DNA of 64,000 nucleotides from Burkholderiales bacterium (GCA_035499005.1 DATJZQ010000158.1:3364-67363), one strand, 5' to 3'. Positions 1-8,884 are shown, counted from the first letter of the stretch. A program made the numbers and translations. The notes: generated from the letters alone by a model not told the origin.

Positions 1-3000
1 CAGGGTGAACTCCTGGCGCTCGAGAGCCACGCGCAGCGCTGTTTCCAGAGTGTGCCGCTCGACCGCCCGCACGTTCATCTCGGGCGAGAAGAACTGGTAG
101 TTGTTCCGGCCTTTTTCCTTGGCGTGGTACATCGCCGTGTCGGCGTTTTTCATCAGAGCGCGGTCGTCTTCCGCATCCAGCGGGAAAATGCTGATGCCGA
201 TCGAGCACGAAGTGTTGAGCGTGTGGCCGGCAACCTCGCAAGGCCGCGCCAGCGCCTTGATGATCTTGCCCGCGACCTGCGCGGCATCCTCGGCCTGCTG
301 CAGTCCCTCCAGGGTGACGACAAACTCGTCGCCGCCCAGGCGCGACAGGGTGTCCCCCTTGCGGATGCAGGTCTGCATGCGGCTCGCCACTTCCTTCAGC
401 AGCAGATCTCCCACCTGATGCCCGAGCGAGTCGTTGATGTTCTTGAAGCGGTCCAGGTCGACGAACAGCAGCGCCAGCGATTGCCCCGTGCGCCGCGCCG
501 CGACGATGCCTTGCTCCAGGCGGTCGTTGAACAGCACGCGGTTGGGCAGTTCGGTCAACGGGTCGCGGGTGGCGAGATAGCTGATGCGTGCTTCCGCCGT
601 CTTGCGGTCGGTGATGTCACGCCCGGTGCCACGCTGTCCGATGCGCCGGCCGGCGGCGTCCAGGATGCCGACGGCGTTGACCAGGATCCAGCGCGTCTCG
701 CCCTGCCGGTTGACGATCATGTGATCGAGATCGTTGAACGATCCGTCCGGCCGCATGTTGTGGCGGATCCAGTCACGCACCCGCTCGGCTTCACCGGGCG
801 GCATGAAATCCGTCGGCACGCGTCCGATCAGCTCCTGGTCCGAGTAGCCCCACACGCTCTGCACCCGGCTGGAGACGTACGTCAGGTGGCCTTCCAGGTC
901 GGCCTCCCAGACGTACTCGCCGGCCGCGGCCGCGAAGTCGCGGAAGCGCGTCTCGCTTTCGCGCAGCGCTGCCTCCGCCGCCTGCCGCGCCTGCTCGCGC
1001 TGAAAGTTGTCGAGCGCGAAGGACAGGTTCATCGTCAGCTTGTCGAGCAGCGAGACCAGCTCATCGTCGAAGAACCCGGTCTGATCCGCGTACAGCTCGA
1101 GCGTGCCGACCACTTTGCCCTGGCAGCGCAGCAGACACGTGGCCATGGAGCGGATGTTGAGATCGGCCAGGACGTCGCGCCAGGGGGCCGTGCGCGGCTC
1201 GGCCGACACGTCGTTGCACACCACGTTCACCCCGCTGCGCAGGGCGTGCCCCGAAATCCCTTGCCCTTCCGCCTTGCCCGGATCGGTCGAGGCGATAAAG
1301 CGCTTGGCGTGCCCCTTGTCATCTCCGGCGGAGGCAACTGTTTCCACCAATCCAGTCTTGAAATCGATCAGCGCGATGCTGACGAAGACGAAATGGACGT
1401 ACGCCACCGCGACGCGGCAGATCGCGCCGAACAGCTCTTCGGAGTTGCGGCTGTGCACGATGGCGCCGTTGGCTTCGCTCATCGCCGCATACATGTCTTT
1501 CAGGCGTGCGATGCGTTGGCGCGCCAGCCGGCGGTCGGTGATGTCGGCCGCCGTGCCGCGGTAGCCGCTGAAGCGGCCCTGCGCGTCGAACATCGGTTCC
1601 CCGCGCACCACTGCATAGCGCCCGCTGCGGCGGTCGCGGAACACCAGATCCCTGAATGGCAGGTGCGCGGCCAGCGCGAGGCGATGCTGCTCGCGTGCCT
1701 CCGGCGACTCCCACTCGATATCGAGGTCGAATCGCGTCTTGCCGATCAATTCCTCCGGCGGCGTGATGGTCTTGCCGGACGTGCCAGCGGAAAAGAACCT
1801 GAAGCGCAGCTCCGCGTCCTGCTCCCAGTACCAATCGGCCGACAGCTCGGTCAGGCTGCGGAAGCGTTGCTCGCTCGCGCGCAGCCGTTCCTCCGCGGCG
1901 TGCCGCTCGGTGACGTCGATCAGCACCAGCACCACCACGCGGCTGCCGTCGGGGCGCGTCAGCGCTGACTTGCGCACTAGCATCCAACGAACATCGTCGC
2001 CGATCGTGTAGGGACGCTCGTATTCGACGAGCACGGCACCGGACAGCGCCTGATCGTCGGTCTCCTGGTAGTACGCGGCGTCCTGCTCGGCGAAAAAGTC
2101 GTAGTCGGTTTTACCCAGGATCTGCTCGACCGGGTTGCGGAAGAAGTCGCAGAACGAGGCGTTCGCGGCGATGTAACGGTGGTGCTCGTCCTTCACCAGA
2201 ACCGGGGTCGGGATGGCATCGATCAGCGCATCGAGAAAGCGCTTGGCCTCGGCGATTTCCGCCACCACGCTCACGCGCTCCTGCGCGAGACTGCTCAGCA
2301 GCAGCGTGGCGAGCGATGAGACGATACCGTAGGTCTGCAGCGCAGTCAGGCCGTCCTGCATCGCGGCCGACGCGAACGGCCCTGTACCGAGCAACGTTGC
2401 GCCCGCCGCAACCGCGAAAGTGAGCAGGTTCAGCGCTGTGACCCACGCGAGTGGCAGGTGCATGGCGGTAAGCAACGCCAGGCTGAGGTACACGTAGGCG
2501 CCACCGCTGCCAGAGGGCAGCGCAAATACACTCGCTCCGACCACCAGCTGCGGCAGCACGAGCAGGAGCCGCCTGGGTGCGAAACGCAGCCGGATGCTCC
2601 CGCTTGTCCAGGACAGCAGCACGGGGGTCAGCAGCAGCACACCCAGCGCATCGCCTCCCCACGCGGTGCCCCAGGCTGCGATCCAGCCATGCCAGTATTC
2701 GAGGTGGCCCCAGTGAGCGCCGGTCGCGCTGCAGGTGGCCGCGATGATCGAGCTCAGGAAGGCGCCCACGCAGATGAGCGACAGGACGTGGCGCGGGTGC
2801 TCCAGCGCCCGGGAGAAGCGGAGTTTGTGCTGCAATACCCAGGCGCCAGTCAGCGCCGAGAGCGTGCCGCCGAGGGCGAACAGCAGGCACACCGCTGTGC
2901 TCGCGCCCGCGCCGTACTGAACCGCGAAAGCACCGATTGCAATCGCTGGTGCCAGACGCAAGCCGCCGAGCAGCAGGGCGGCAAGCCCCAGCCCGGCCGG

Positions 3001-3147
3001 GAGCCAGACGAAACTCGTGTGCGCGGCCTGCAGACTGGCCCGCGCGATCAGGAAATAGGCCGCGGCCACAAGCAGCAGCCATCCGGCATCCCTCAGCAGC
3101 GGGCGGTGCGATGCAGGGAGTGCGGTTTCGCCTCGGACAGCGTGCAT
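1..3147 (-). CDS. Membrane-anchored c-di-GMP turnover sensor: MASE1-like polytopic domain + PAS/GAF/PAS modules + GGDEF + start of EAL (C-terminus cut by left window edge)
   Basis: Absent from the ORF track because the frame never closes inside the window. Hand translation of the minus strand from ATG (complement of 3145-3147) reads MHAVRGETALPASHRPLLRDAGWLLLVAAAYFLIARASLQ... with a hydrophobic polytopic N-terminus. It contains ...LSRLGGDEFVV... (complement of ~318-339) and ends ...MYHAKEKGRNNYQFFSPEMNVRAVERHTLETALRVALERQEFTL at position 1 (GGDEF-to-EAL junction). Start, GGDEF motif and end are all in the same frame, and no minus-strand ORF of that frame is listed in 1-3147. The plus-strand 638-aa ORF 52..1968 is its antisense shadow. 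Confidence 0.85.
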   Translation of the reverse strand, partial: MHAVRGETALPASHRPLLRDAGWLLLVAAAYFLIARASLQAAHTSFVWLPAGLGLAALLLGGLRLAPAIAIGAFAVQYGAGASTAVCLLFALGGTLSALTGAWVLQHKLRFSRALEHPRHVLSLICVGAFLSSIIAATCSATGAHWGHLEYWHGWIAAWGTAWGGDALGVLLLTPVLLSWTSGSIRLRFAPRRLLLVLPQLVVGASVFALPSGSGGAYVYLSLALLTAMHLPLAWVTALNLLTFAVAAGATLLGTGPFASAAMQDGLTALQTYGIVSSLATLLLSSLAQERVSVVAEIAEAKRFLDALIDAIPTPVLVKDEHHRYIAANASFCDFFRNPVEQILGKTDYDFFAEQDAAYYQETDDQALSGAVLVEYERPYTIGDDVRWMLVRKSALTRPDGSRVVVLVLIDVTERHAAEERLRASEQRFRSLTELSADWYWEQDAELRFRFFSAGTSGKTITPPEELIGKTRFDLDIEWESPEAREQHRLALAAHLPFRDLVFRDRRSGRYAVVRGEPMFDAQGRFSGYRGTAADITDRRLARQRIARLKDMYAAMSEANGAIVHSRNSEELFGAICRVAVAYVHFVFVSIALIDFKTGLVETVASAGDDKGHAKRFIASTDPGKAEGQGISGHALRSGVNVVCNDVSAEPRTAPWRDVLADLNIRSMATCLLRCQGKVVGTLELYADQTGFFDDELVSLLDKLTMNLSFALDNFQREQARQAAEAALRESETRFRDFAAAAGEYVWEADLEGHLTYVSSRVQSVWGYSDQELIGRVPTDFMPPGEAERVRDWIRHNMRPDGSFNDLDHMIVNRQGETRWILVNAVGILDAAGRRIGQRGTGRDITDRKTAEARISYLATRDPLTELPNRVLFNDRLEQGIVAARRTGQSLALLFVDLDRFKNINDSLGHQVGDLLLKEVASRMQTCIRKGDTLSRLGGDEFVVTLEGLQQAEDAAQVAGKIIKALARPCEVAGHTLNTSCSIGISIFPLDAEDDRALMKNADTAMYHAKEKGRNNYQFFSPEMNVRAVERHTLETALRVALERQEFTL

Positions 3148-3190
3148 CGCGCGGGAAGCGTGGCGGTGCAGGCTAGGCCGATCGGCCCCG

Positions 3191-5005
3191 CTAGACCGCG
3201 CGTCGTTCACCGGAGGCGGGCGGCGCGACCTTCATGACCTCTTCCACCGAGGTCATTCCGGCCACGATCTTCAGTGCACCACTCACGCGCAGCGGCTTCA
3301 TGCCGTCGCGGATCGCCTGGTCGCGCACTTTGTTGAGGTCGGTTTGCGGGCCGATCAAGCCGCGCTGGGAGCGCGTGAGCGTCATCATTTCGTAGATACC
3401 GATGCGTCCCATGTAGCCGGTCATGCGGCACTCCAGGCAGCCCTTGGCCAAGTTCACGCGCCCCGGGAGCGGCACCTGCCACGGATGCGTGAGCGATTTC
3501 CAGCTCTCCTCGTCGACCGTGCCCGGCTCCCTGCAGTGCGGGCACAACGTGCGCACCAGCCGTTGGGCCAGCACGCCGAGCAAAGTCGAGTGCAGCAGGA
3601 ACGGCTCGACGCCGATGTCCAGCAGTCGCGTCACTGCTGAGGGCGCGTCGTTGGTGTGCAGGGTGGACAGCACGAGGTGACCGGTGAGCGCCGCCTGCAC
3701 GGCCATGTCGGCGGTTTCCGTGTCGCGGATCTCGCCCACCATGATGATGTCCGGGTCCTGACGCATCAGCGTACGCACGCCGCTCGCGAAGTCGAGTCCG
3801 ATGCCCGACTGCACCTGCATCTGGTTGAACTGAGGCTCCACCATTTCGATCGGATCCTCGATCGTGCAGACGTTTACGTCGGGGCTGGCGAGCTGCTTGA
3901 GCGTGGAATACAAAGTGGTGGTCTTGCCCGAGCCGGTCGGGCCGGTCACCAGGATCACGCCATGCGGGCGGCCGACGAGCTGGTTCCAGCGCTTCTTGTC
4001 GTCGTCGGAAAAGCCGAGCTCGGTGAAGTCCTTGACCAGGACCTCGGGGTTGAAAATGCGCATCACGAGCTTCTCGCCGAAGGCGGTAGGCATGGTGGAC
4101 AGGCGCAGCTCCACCTCGTCGCCATCTGGGGTGCGCGTCTTGATGCGACCGTCCTGCGGGCGGCGCTTTTCGACCACGTCCATGCGCCCCAGGATTTTGA
4201 TGCGGCTGGTCATCGCACCCAGCACCGGCGTGGGAATCTGGTAGACCTGATGCAGCACGCCGTCGATGCGGAAGCGCACATTGCCCGCTTCGCGCCGCGG
4301 CTCCAGGTGGATGTCGCTCGCGCGCTGGTCGAATGCGTACTGCAGCAGCCAATCCACGATGCTGACGACGTGACGGTCGTTGGCATCCAGCTTGCCGCTC
4401 TGGCCGAGCTGCACCAGCTGCTCGAAATTGGCGATGTCGCTGATGACGCCCTGGCTCTGCTGCGAGGCGCCGTGCACCGAGCGCGCCAGGTTGTAGAACT
4501 CGATCTGGTAGTTGGCGATGTCCTGGGGATTGGCCAGCACGCGCTTGATCGCGAGGCGCAGGATCTGCGCGAGCTCCGTCTCCCATTCGCGCACATAGGG
4601 CTCGGACGTCGCGATCACGACTTCCTTGGCGGTGACCTGCACGGGCAGAATGCGGAAGCGCGCCGCGTAAGCATTGGACATCACCTTGGTCACGGCCGCG
4701 AAGTCGATCTTGAACGGGTCGATGTGCATGTAAGGAAGATCGACCTTGGCGGCGAGCCACTCGCTCAGCGCATCGAGGCTCAGCAGGTGCTTGGGCTTGC
4801 GCGGGTCTTTCCATTTCTGCTCGGCAATGACGATCAGGGGATGAGCATCCCCCTTGCGCAGCGCTTTCGTGGCGAGCAGGGCGTCCGCGGCCTCGCGGGT
4901 GGCGAGCTGATCGGCGACCAGGTCGCGCAGGATCTCATCGAGCGTCAGCCTGCGATCAGGTTGCCGTTGCGGGGCGGCGGCGCGGGCTGTTGTTGGGGCG
5001 GCCAT
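3191..5005 (-). CDS. GspE/PilB-family secretion/pilus ATPase (type II/IV secretion NTPase), orphan
   Basis: ORF 3191..5230. Walker A GPTGSGKTTT, Asp box IIMVGEIRD, His box LSTLHTND, C-terminal CPHC...CLEC tetracysteine, T2SSE_N-like N-domain (DLPYMHIDPFKIDF...FRILPV). Start moved to Met76 (complement of 5003-5005, MAAPTTARAAAPQRQ...) because the upstream 75 codons are Arg/Ser/Pro-rich and unlike the family. Confidence 0.9.
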   Translation of the reverse strand: MAAPTTARAAAPQRQPDRRLTLDEILRDLVADQLATREAADALLATKALRKGDAHPLIVIAEQKWKDPRKPKHLLSLDALSEWLAAKVDLPYMHIDPFKIDFAAVTKVMSNAYAARFRILPVQVTAKEVVIATSEPYVREWETELAQILRLAIKRVLANPQDIANYQIEFYNLARSVHGASQQSQGVISDIANFEQLVQLGQSGKLDANDRHVVSIVDWLLQYAFDQRASDIHLEPRREAGNVRFRIDGVLHQVYQIPTPVLGAMTSRIKILGRMDVVEKRRPQDGRIKTRTPDGDEVELRLSTMPTAFGEKLVMRIFNPEVLVKDFTELGFSDDDKKRWNQLVGRPHGVILVTGPTGSGKTTTLYSTLKQLASPDVNVCTIEDPIEMVEPQFNQMQVQSGIGLDFASGVRTLMRQDPDIIMVGEIRDTETADMAVQAALTGHLVLSTLHTNDAPSAVTRLLDIGVEPFLLHSTLLGVLAQRLVRTLCPHCREPGTVDEESWKSLTHPWQVPLPGRVNLAKGCLECRMTGYMGRIGIYEMMTLTRSQRGLIGPQTDLNKVRDQAIRDGMKPLRVSGALKIVAGMTSVEEVMKVAPPASGERRAV

Positions 5006-5281
5006 CTGGCGGGTCGCGGTTCGGGTTGGGGCTCCGAGCGTCGGACGAAGCGAATTCCATTCCAACGGCAGGGCAGGGCACTGCGTCCGATGGTGTGCGC
5101 CGCTCCTCATGAGCGACGGGCGCCATTTCGACGAGGTTCTCGCACTGCGGCAGGCTCGCTCGGGATCGCGCGCGAACCGCGGGAGCGCGCTCAACACCTT
5201 GTGCTGCAACACAAAAGATGGCGCGCCCAAGCCGTGTAACGCGTGCGGTGCTGGGGAGCGGCCTGCGCAGAACCGCCCGGA

Positions 5282-5848
5282 TCAGGGGCGAGTCGGCGCC
5301 TGATGCCGCGGCCGACCTGACGCTTCGATCGTCCCGATGTGGAAGCCGAACTTCCCGGTTGCGCGGTCGCTGAGGTAGTGGTTGAGGGTGTTGCGCACGG
5401 TCGCAAAGGCCAGCTGCTCCCAGGGGATGTCGGCCTCTTCGAACAGGCGTGCCTCGAGCGTCTCGGCACCGGCGCCGATCTGGGCGTCGAGCAGCCGCCC
5501 GCGGAACAGCAGATACACCTGATCGATGTGGGGCAGGTTGTAGAGCGAGAACAGCGCGGCGATCTCGACGCGCGCGTTGGCTTCCTCCAAAGTCTCGCGT
5601 TGCGCCCCCTCGGCCGTGGTTTCGCCCTTCTCCAGAAAGCCGGCCGGGACCGTCCACAGGCCGTGGCGCGGCTCAATCGCGCGCCGGCACAGCAAGATGC
5701 GGCCCTCCCACTCTGCCACACAGCCCACGATCATCCGCGGGTTCTCGTAGTGGATCGCGTGGCAGCTGTCGCACACCCAGCGCGGCAAGGTGTCGCCGTC
5801 CGGTACGCGCCGGGCGACGGGTGCTGCGCAGTTGCTGCAGAAGTTCAA
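5282..5848 (-). CDS. NUDIX hydrolase with N-terminal C4 zinc ribbon
   Basis: ORF 188 aa. CSNC...CDSC zinc ribbon, then Nudix box GFLEKGETTAEGAQRETLEEANA (GX5EX7REUXEEXGU pattern). Confidence 0.85.
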   Translation of the reverse strand: MNFCSNCAAPVARRVPDGDTLPRWVCDSCHAIHYENPRMIVGCVAEWEGRILLCRRAIEPRHGLWTVPAGFLEKGETTAEGAQRETLEEANARVEIAALFSLYNLPHIDQVYLLFRGRLLDAQIGAGAETLEARLFEEADIPWEQLAFATVRNTLNHYLSDRATGKFGFHIGTIEASGRPRHQAPTRP

Positions 5849-5879
5849 AACGAGAACTATCGCGTTGAGGCAGGTTCTG

Positions 5880-6314
5880 TCAGCGCGGCTTGAGATTGCG
5901 GATGTAGACGACGATCTGCTTGATCTGGTCGTCGGTGAACACTCCGCCGAAAGCCGCCATGCGTCCGGGCTTGCCGAACTTGATGCGCTCGAAGATCTGC
6001 TCGTCGGTCTTCTCGGTGCCCATCAGCTGAGGCCCTTTGCCTGCCCTGCGCCCGCCGTCCTCGTGACAGAAGCCGCAGATGTTGCTGAACGCACCGTGAG
6101 CGCTGAACTCCGGCGCCTTCGCCGGCTCAGACTGGTCCGCGGTCTTGGTCTGCGCTGGCTGGCCAGCGTCTTTGGGTGTCTCGTAGCGCGTCATCGGTGT
6201 CGCGGGCTTGGTGTCGTCGGCCGCGGCGCTACAAGCCGCGAGAGCGAGGCACACTGCCGTCGCGGACACGGCGTGGTGGACCGCACTACGCGCTGCCGCC
6301 TGCAGACTCGTCAT
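5880..6314 (-). CDS. Class I c-type cytochrome, probable lipoprotein; likely electron acceptor of the adjacent PQQ dehydrogenase
   Basis: ORF 144 aa. Lipobox-like LALAAC after a signal sequence, single heme motif CGFCH, distal Met in GKPGRMAAF. Lies 93 nt downstream of the PQQ dehydrogenase on the same strand. Confidence 0.8.
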   Translation of the reverse strand: MTSLQAAARSAVHHAVSATAVCLALAACSAAADDTKPATPMTRYETPKDAGQPAQTKTADQSEPAKAPEFSAHGAFSNICGFCHEDGGRRAGKGPQLMGTEKTDEQIFERIKFGKPGRMAAFGGVFTDDQIKQIVVYIRNLKPR

Positions 6315-6407
6315 CTCGAATCTCCTCTGAAGCGATATTTTATCCCACCATAAAAAAGAGGCGGGGAAGATTCCCCGCCTCCGATGTGCAGCGCGTTTGC
6401 GGCGAAA

Positions 6408-8147
6408 TTACGGCAGCGCAAACACTTTGAGGACGCCGGCGTCCTTCGGATAGCTCGCGTACGGTTCGCCGAACCATTCGCCGTAGCCATCGCCGACCAG
6501 GCTGCCCCACCCGGTTACCACCGCAATGTACTGCTTGCCCTTCGCGGTGTACGTGATGATGCCGCCGTTGTGGCCCATGCCGTTCTGGTGACCCCACAGC
6601 AGCTTACCGTTGCTCGCGTCGTAGGCGCGCAGTACTCCATCCGCGCCCGGCACGAACAGCAGGTTGCCGCCGGTGGTGAGCAGGCTGGCGTGCGGCGGTA
6701 CGTCATAGTGGATGCTGAACGCGACCTTGCCGGTGATCGGATCGCGCCCATCGACGTGGCCGTACATGCGCTCTTCGCCCTTGGCCGGCACGAACTTGAA
6801 GTCCGCGCCGATGTTGAGTTGCGCCATCGGCTCCAGCACCGGGGTGGTCTTCACCACCTCGAGGTCGATACACCACTCGTAGCCGACGCGGTAGAACAGC
6901 TTGGTCTTCGGATTGTAGGAACCCGAGTTCCAGCTCAAACCGCCGGCGATGGCCGGGCACAGGTTCTCGTGCTTGCCCTCGCGCAGGTCGCGGCGTCCCA
7001 CCAGCGTGCCGTCGTCCTTGATGGTCTGAACGAAGTTGATGTTCTTGACGAACGGCCAGACCTTCTGCGGGTTGGCGTTGCGGTCGTACACGAACACGAA
7101 GCCGCCCTTGTTCGGGTGGACCACGTACTTCTTGCCGCCCTGGTCGATGAACATGAACTCGCCCATCGCGCTGTCGAAGTCCCACGCGTCATGCGGCAGC
7201 TCCTGCCAATAGCCCTTGAGCTTGCCGGTGTCGGGATCGAGCAGCACGACCGAGGTGGTGTACAGGTTCACGCCGGGCCGCGGGCCGTTGTTCTGCCAGT
7301 CGGGACCGGCCCAGTCGTACAGAGGTGCCGGGTTGCCGGTTCCCCACCACACGGAGTTGGTCTCTGGATCGTACGAGCCCGCCATCCAGCCGCCCCCGCC
7401 GCCCGTCTTCCACGAGTCGCCGCCCCAGGTGTTGCGCGAATCCCCGTTGTCCTCATTGCCACCCACCGTGAAGAACTGCCACACCTGCTGGCCGCTCTTG
7501 GCGTCGACGCCGAAGATGGGACCGCGATAGGGCCACTCGCCGCCCTGGGCGCCGATGATCACCTTGTCCTTGACCACCAGCGGAGCGCCGGTGAAGCCCA
7601 CAGTCAGCTTCTCGGAGTTGATCAGCTTCGTTTCCCAGTTGAGCTTGCCGGTCTTCGCGTCGACCGCGACCAGCTTGCCGTCCAGGGTGCCCATGTAGAT
7701 GTTGCCGTAACCCGCTGCGATGCCGCGGTTATAGGGCGAGTGGGTCTGCTTGGCGACCAGATCTTCGTTGAGCTTCTGCTTGTAGGTCCACAGCATCTGC
7801 CCGGTCGCCCCGTCCAGCGCGTAGAGCTGGTTGTACGAGCTCGTGTAGTAGACCACGCCGTCGATGGCCAGGGGGAAGCTCTGCAGCCCACGATAGGCGC
7901 GCGAGGCGACGTGCGACCAGGCCTCCTGCAGCCGTCCCACGTTCGCGGTGTTGATCTGATCGAGCGCGCTGTAATGCCACGACTTGTAGGTGCCGTGATA
8001 CATCATCCAGTTGCCCGGCTCGCCCGCCGCATTCAACAGACGATCGTAAGTCACGTCGGCGGCACCGGCCTGCGCTGCGACGCAGGCGAACGCCGCTGCC
8101 GCAACGGCCTTGACGCCGCCGGCAACCTGGTTCTTCCATCGTTTCAT
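6408..8147 (-). CDS. PQQ-dependent dehydrogenase, methanol/ethanol family (8-bladed propeller quinoprotein)
   Basis: ORF 579 aa with signal peptide. Family blocks GAQGGEWPYRGP, TWGGDSWKTGGGGGWMAGSYDPETNSVWWGTGNPAP, LPHDAWDFDS, TTGGNLLFVPGADGVLRAYDASNGKLLW. See findings for DxD and missing Cys-Cys. Confidence 0.92.
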   Translation of the reverse strand: MKRWKNQVAGGVKAVAAAAFACVAAQAGAADVTYDRLLNAAGEPGNWMMYHGTYKSWHYSALDQINTANVGRLQEAWSHVASRAYRGLQSFPLAIDGVVYYTSSYNQLYALDGATGQMLWTYKQKLNEDLVAKQTHSPYNRGIAAGYGNIYMGTLDGKLVAVDAKTGKLNWETKLINSEKLTVGFTGAPLVVKDKVIIGAQGGEWPYRGPIFGVDAKSGQQVWQFFTVGGNEDNGDSRNTWGGDSWKTGGGGGWMAGSYDPETNSVWWGTGNPAPLYDWAGPDWQNNGPRPGVNLYTTSVVLLDPDTGKLKGYWQELPHDAWDFDSAMGEFMFIDQGGKKYVVHPNKGGFVFVYDRNANPQKVWPFVKNINFVQTIKDDGTLVGRRDLREGKHENLCPAIAGGLSWNSGSYNPKTKLFYRVGYEWCIDLEVVKTTPVLEPMAQLNIGADFKFVPAKGEERMYGHVDGRDPITGKVAFSIHYDVPPHASLLTTGGNLLFVPGADGVLRAYDASNGKLLWGHQNGMGHNGGIITYTAKGKQYIAVVTGWGSLVGDGYGEWFGEPYASYPKDAGVLKVFALP

Positions 8148-8376
8148 AAGTCTCTCCCGATATTGAGTCTTCGCACGACAACTGAAATCACTTTTTGTTC
8201 AACTCGGGACTTGCCGTCGGCGCCTTCGGTTTTATGGTTTTGTGCTGCAGGAAAGTGCGCTGCGGAAAATCCGGACGAGACTCTAGTCCCAGTCGCACTC
8301 CTTTGCAAGCGAAGTCGTCGAAGCGGGAGAACCACGCTGTTCTTGGGTCGTCGCACGCCGGCGTTTTCATAGGACA

Positions 8377-8850
8377 ATGAGCGCCTTGACCGTCAGTTTT
8401 CAAGCAAGGCTAAGCGCGTTGGCAACCATCCGAGTCACCCCGGTGCTCGCTCTGGACGAGCGCGATCTGCAGGAGACCTTCGTGCGTTCGCCCGGACCGG
8501 GTGGACAGAACGTCAATAAGGTTTCCACCGCGGTGCAGCTGCGCTTCGCGCTGGAACAGAGCGCGGACCTGACGGCGGAGGTTCGGCGCAGGCTCCGCGC
8601 GTTGGCAGGCCGGCGCGTCACGGCGGACGGATGGCTCGTCATCGAGGCTAACCGCTTCCGCAGCCAGGCGCGCAACCGGGAAGACGCGCGCGCCAGGCTG
8701 GTCGAGCTCGTACGCAAGGCTGCGCACCCGCCCAAGCCGCGTCGCCCCACCCGGCCCAGCGTGGCATCCAAGGAGCGCCGGCTGCGGGACAAGCGCGCCC
8801 GCGCTCGCACCAAGTTGGCGCGCGGACGGAGTGCTCTGGATCAGGGCTAG
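8377..8850 (+). CDS. arfB: Alternative ribosome-rescue factor ArfB (peptidyl-tRNA hydrolase, GGQ family)
   Basis: ORF 157 aa. GPGGQNVNKVSTAVQLRF GGQ motif plus basic C-terminal tail RRPTRPSVASKERRLRDKRARARTK. True start may be the in-frame TTG at 8419 (MATIRVTPV...). Confidence 0.85.
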   Translation: MSALTVSFQARLSALATIRVTPVLALDERDLQETFVRSPGPGGQNVNKVSTAVQLRFALEQSADLTAEVRRRLRALAGRRVTADGWLVIEANRFRSQARNREDARARLVELVRKAAHPPKPRRPTRPSVASKERRLRDKRARARTKLARGRSALDQG

Positions 8851-8884
8851 AACCCGCGTTGCAGCAGCTGTGCTACGCACCGCT

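Noticed and set aside
52-1968. 638-aa plus-strand ORF (and nested ORFs 101..418, 1103..1564, 1739..2011, 2458..3237)
   Set aside because: It is the antisense shadow of the minus-strand MASE1-PAS-GGDEF-EAL gene. The translation is Arg/Ala/Gly/Val-rich with no motifs, whereas the opposite strand gives clean GGDEF/PAS/EAL sequence in one open frame.
5006-5230. 75-codon N-terminal extension of the ATPase ORF
   Set aside because: It is Arg/Ser/Pro-rich with no family similarity. The internal Met at 5005 gives a normal-length protein. The extension also contains the TTGTG-N6-CACAA palindrome, which is more plausibly regulatory.
3656-5239. 527-aa plus-strand ORF and the 535-aa minus-strand alternative frame 3207..4814
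   Set aside because: They are shadow frames of the GspE-family ATPase gene. Only the 3191..5005 frame carries Walker/Asp/His boxes.
6384-8372. 662-aa plus-strand ORF
   Set aside because: It is antisense to the PQQ dehydrogenase and has no recognisable motifs.
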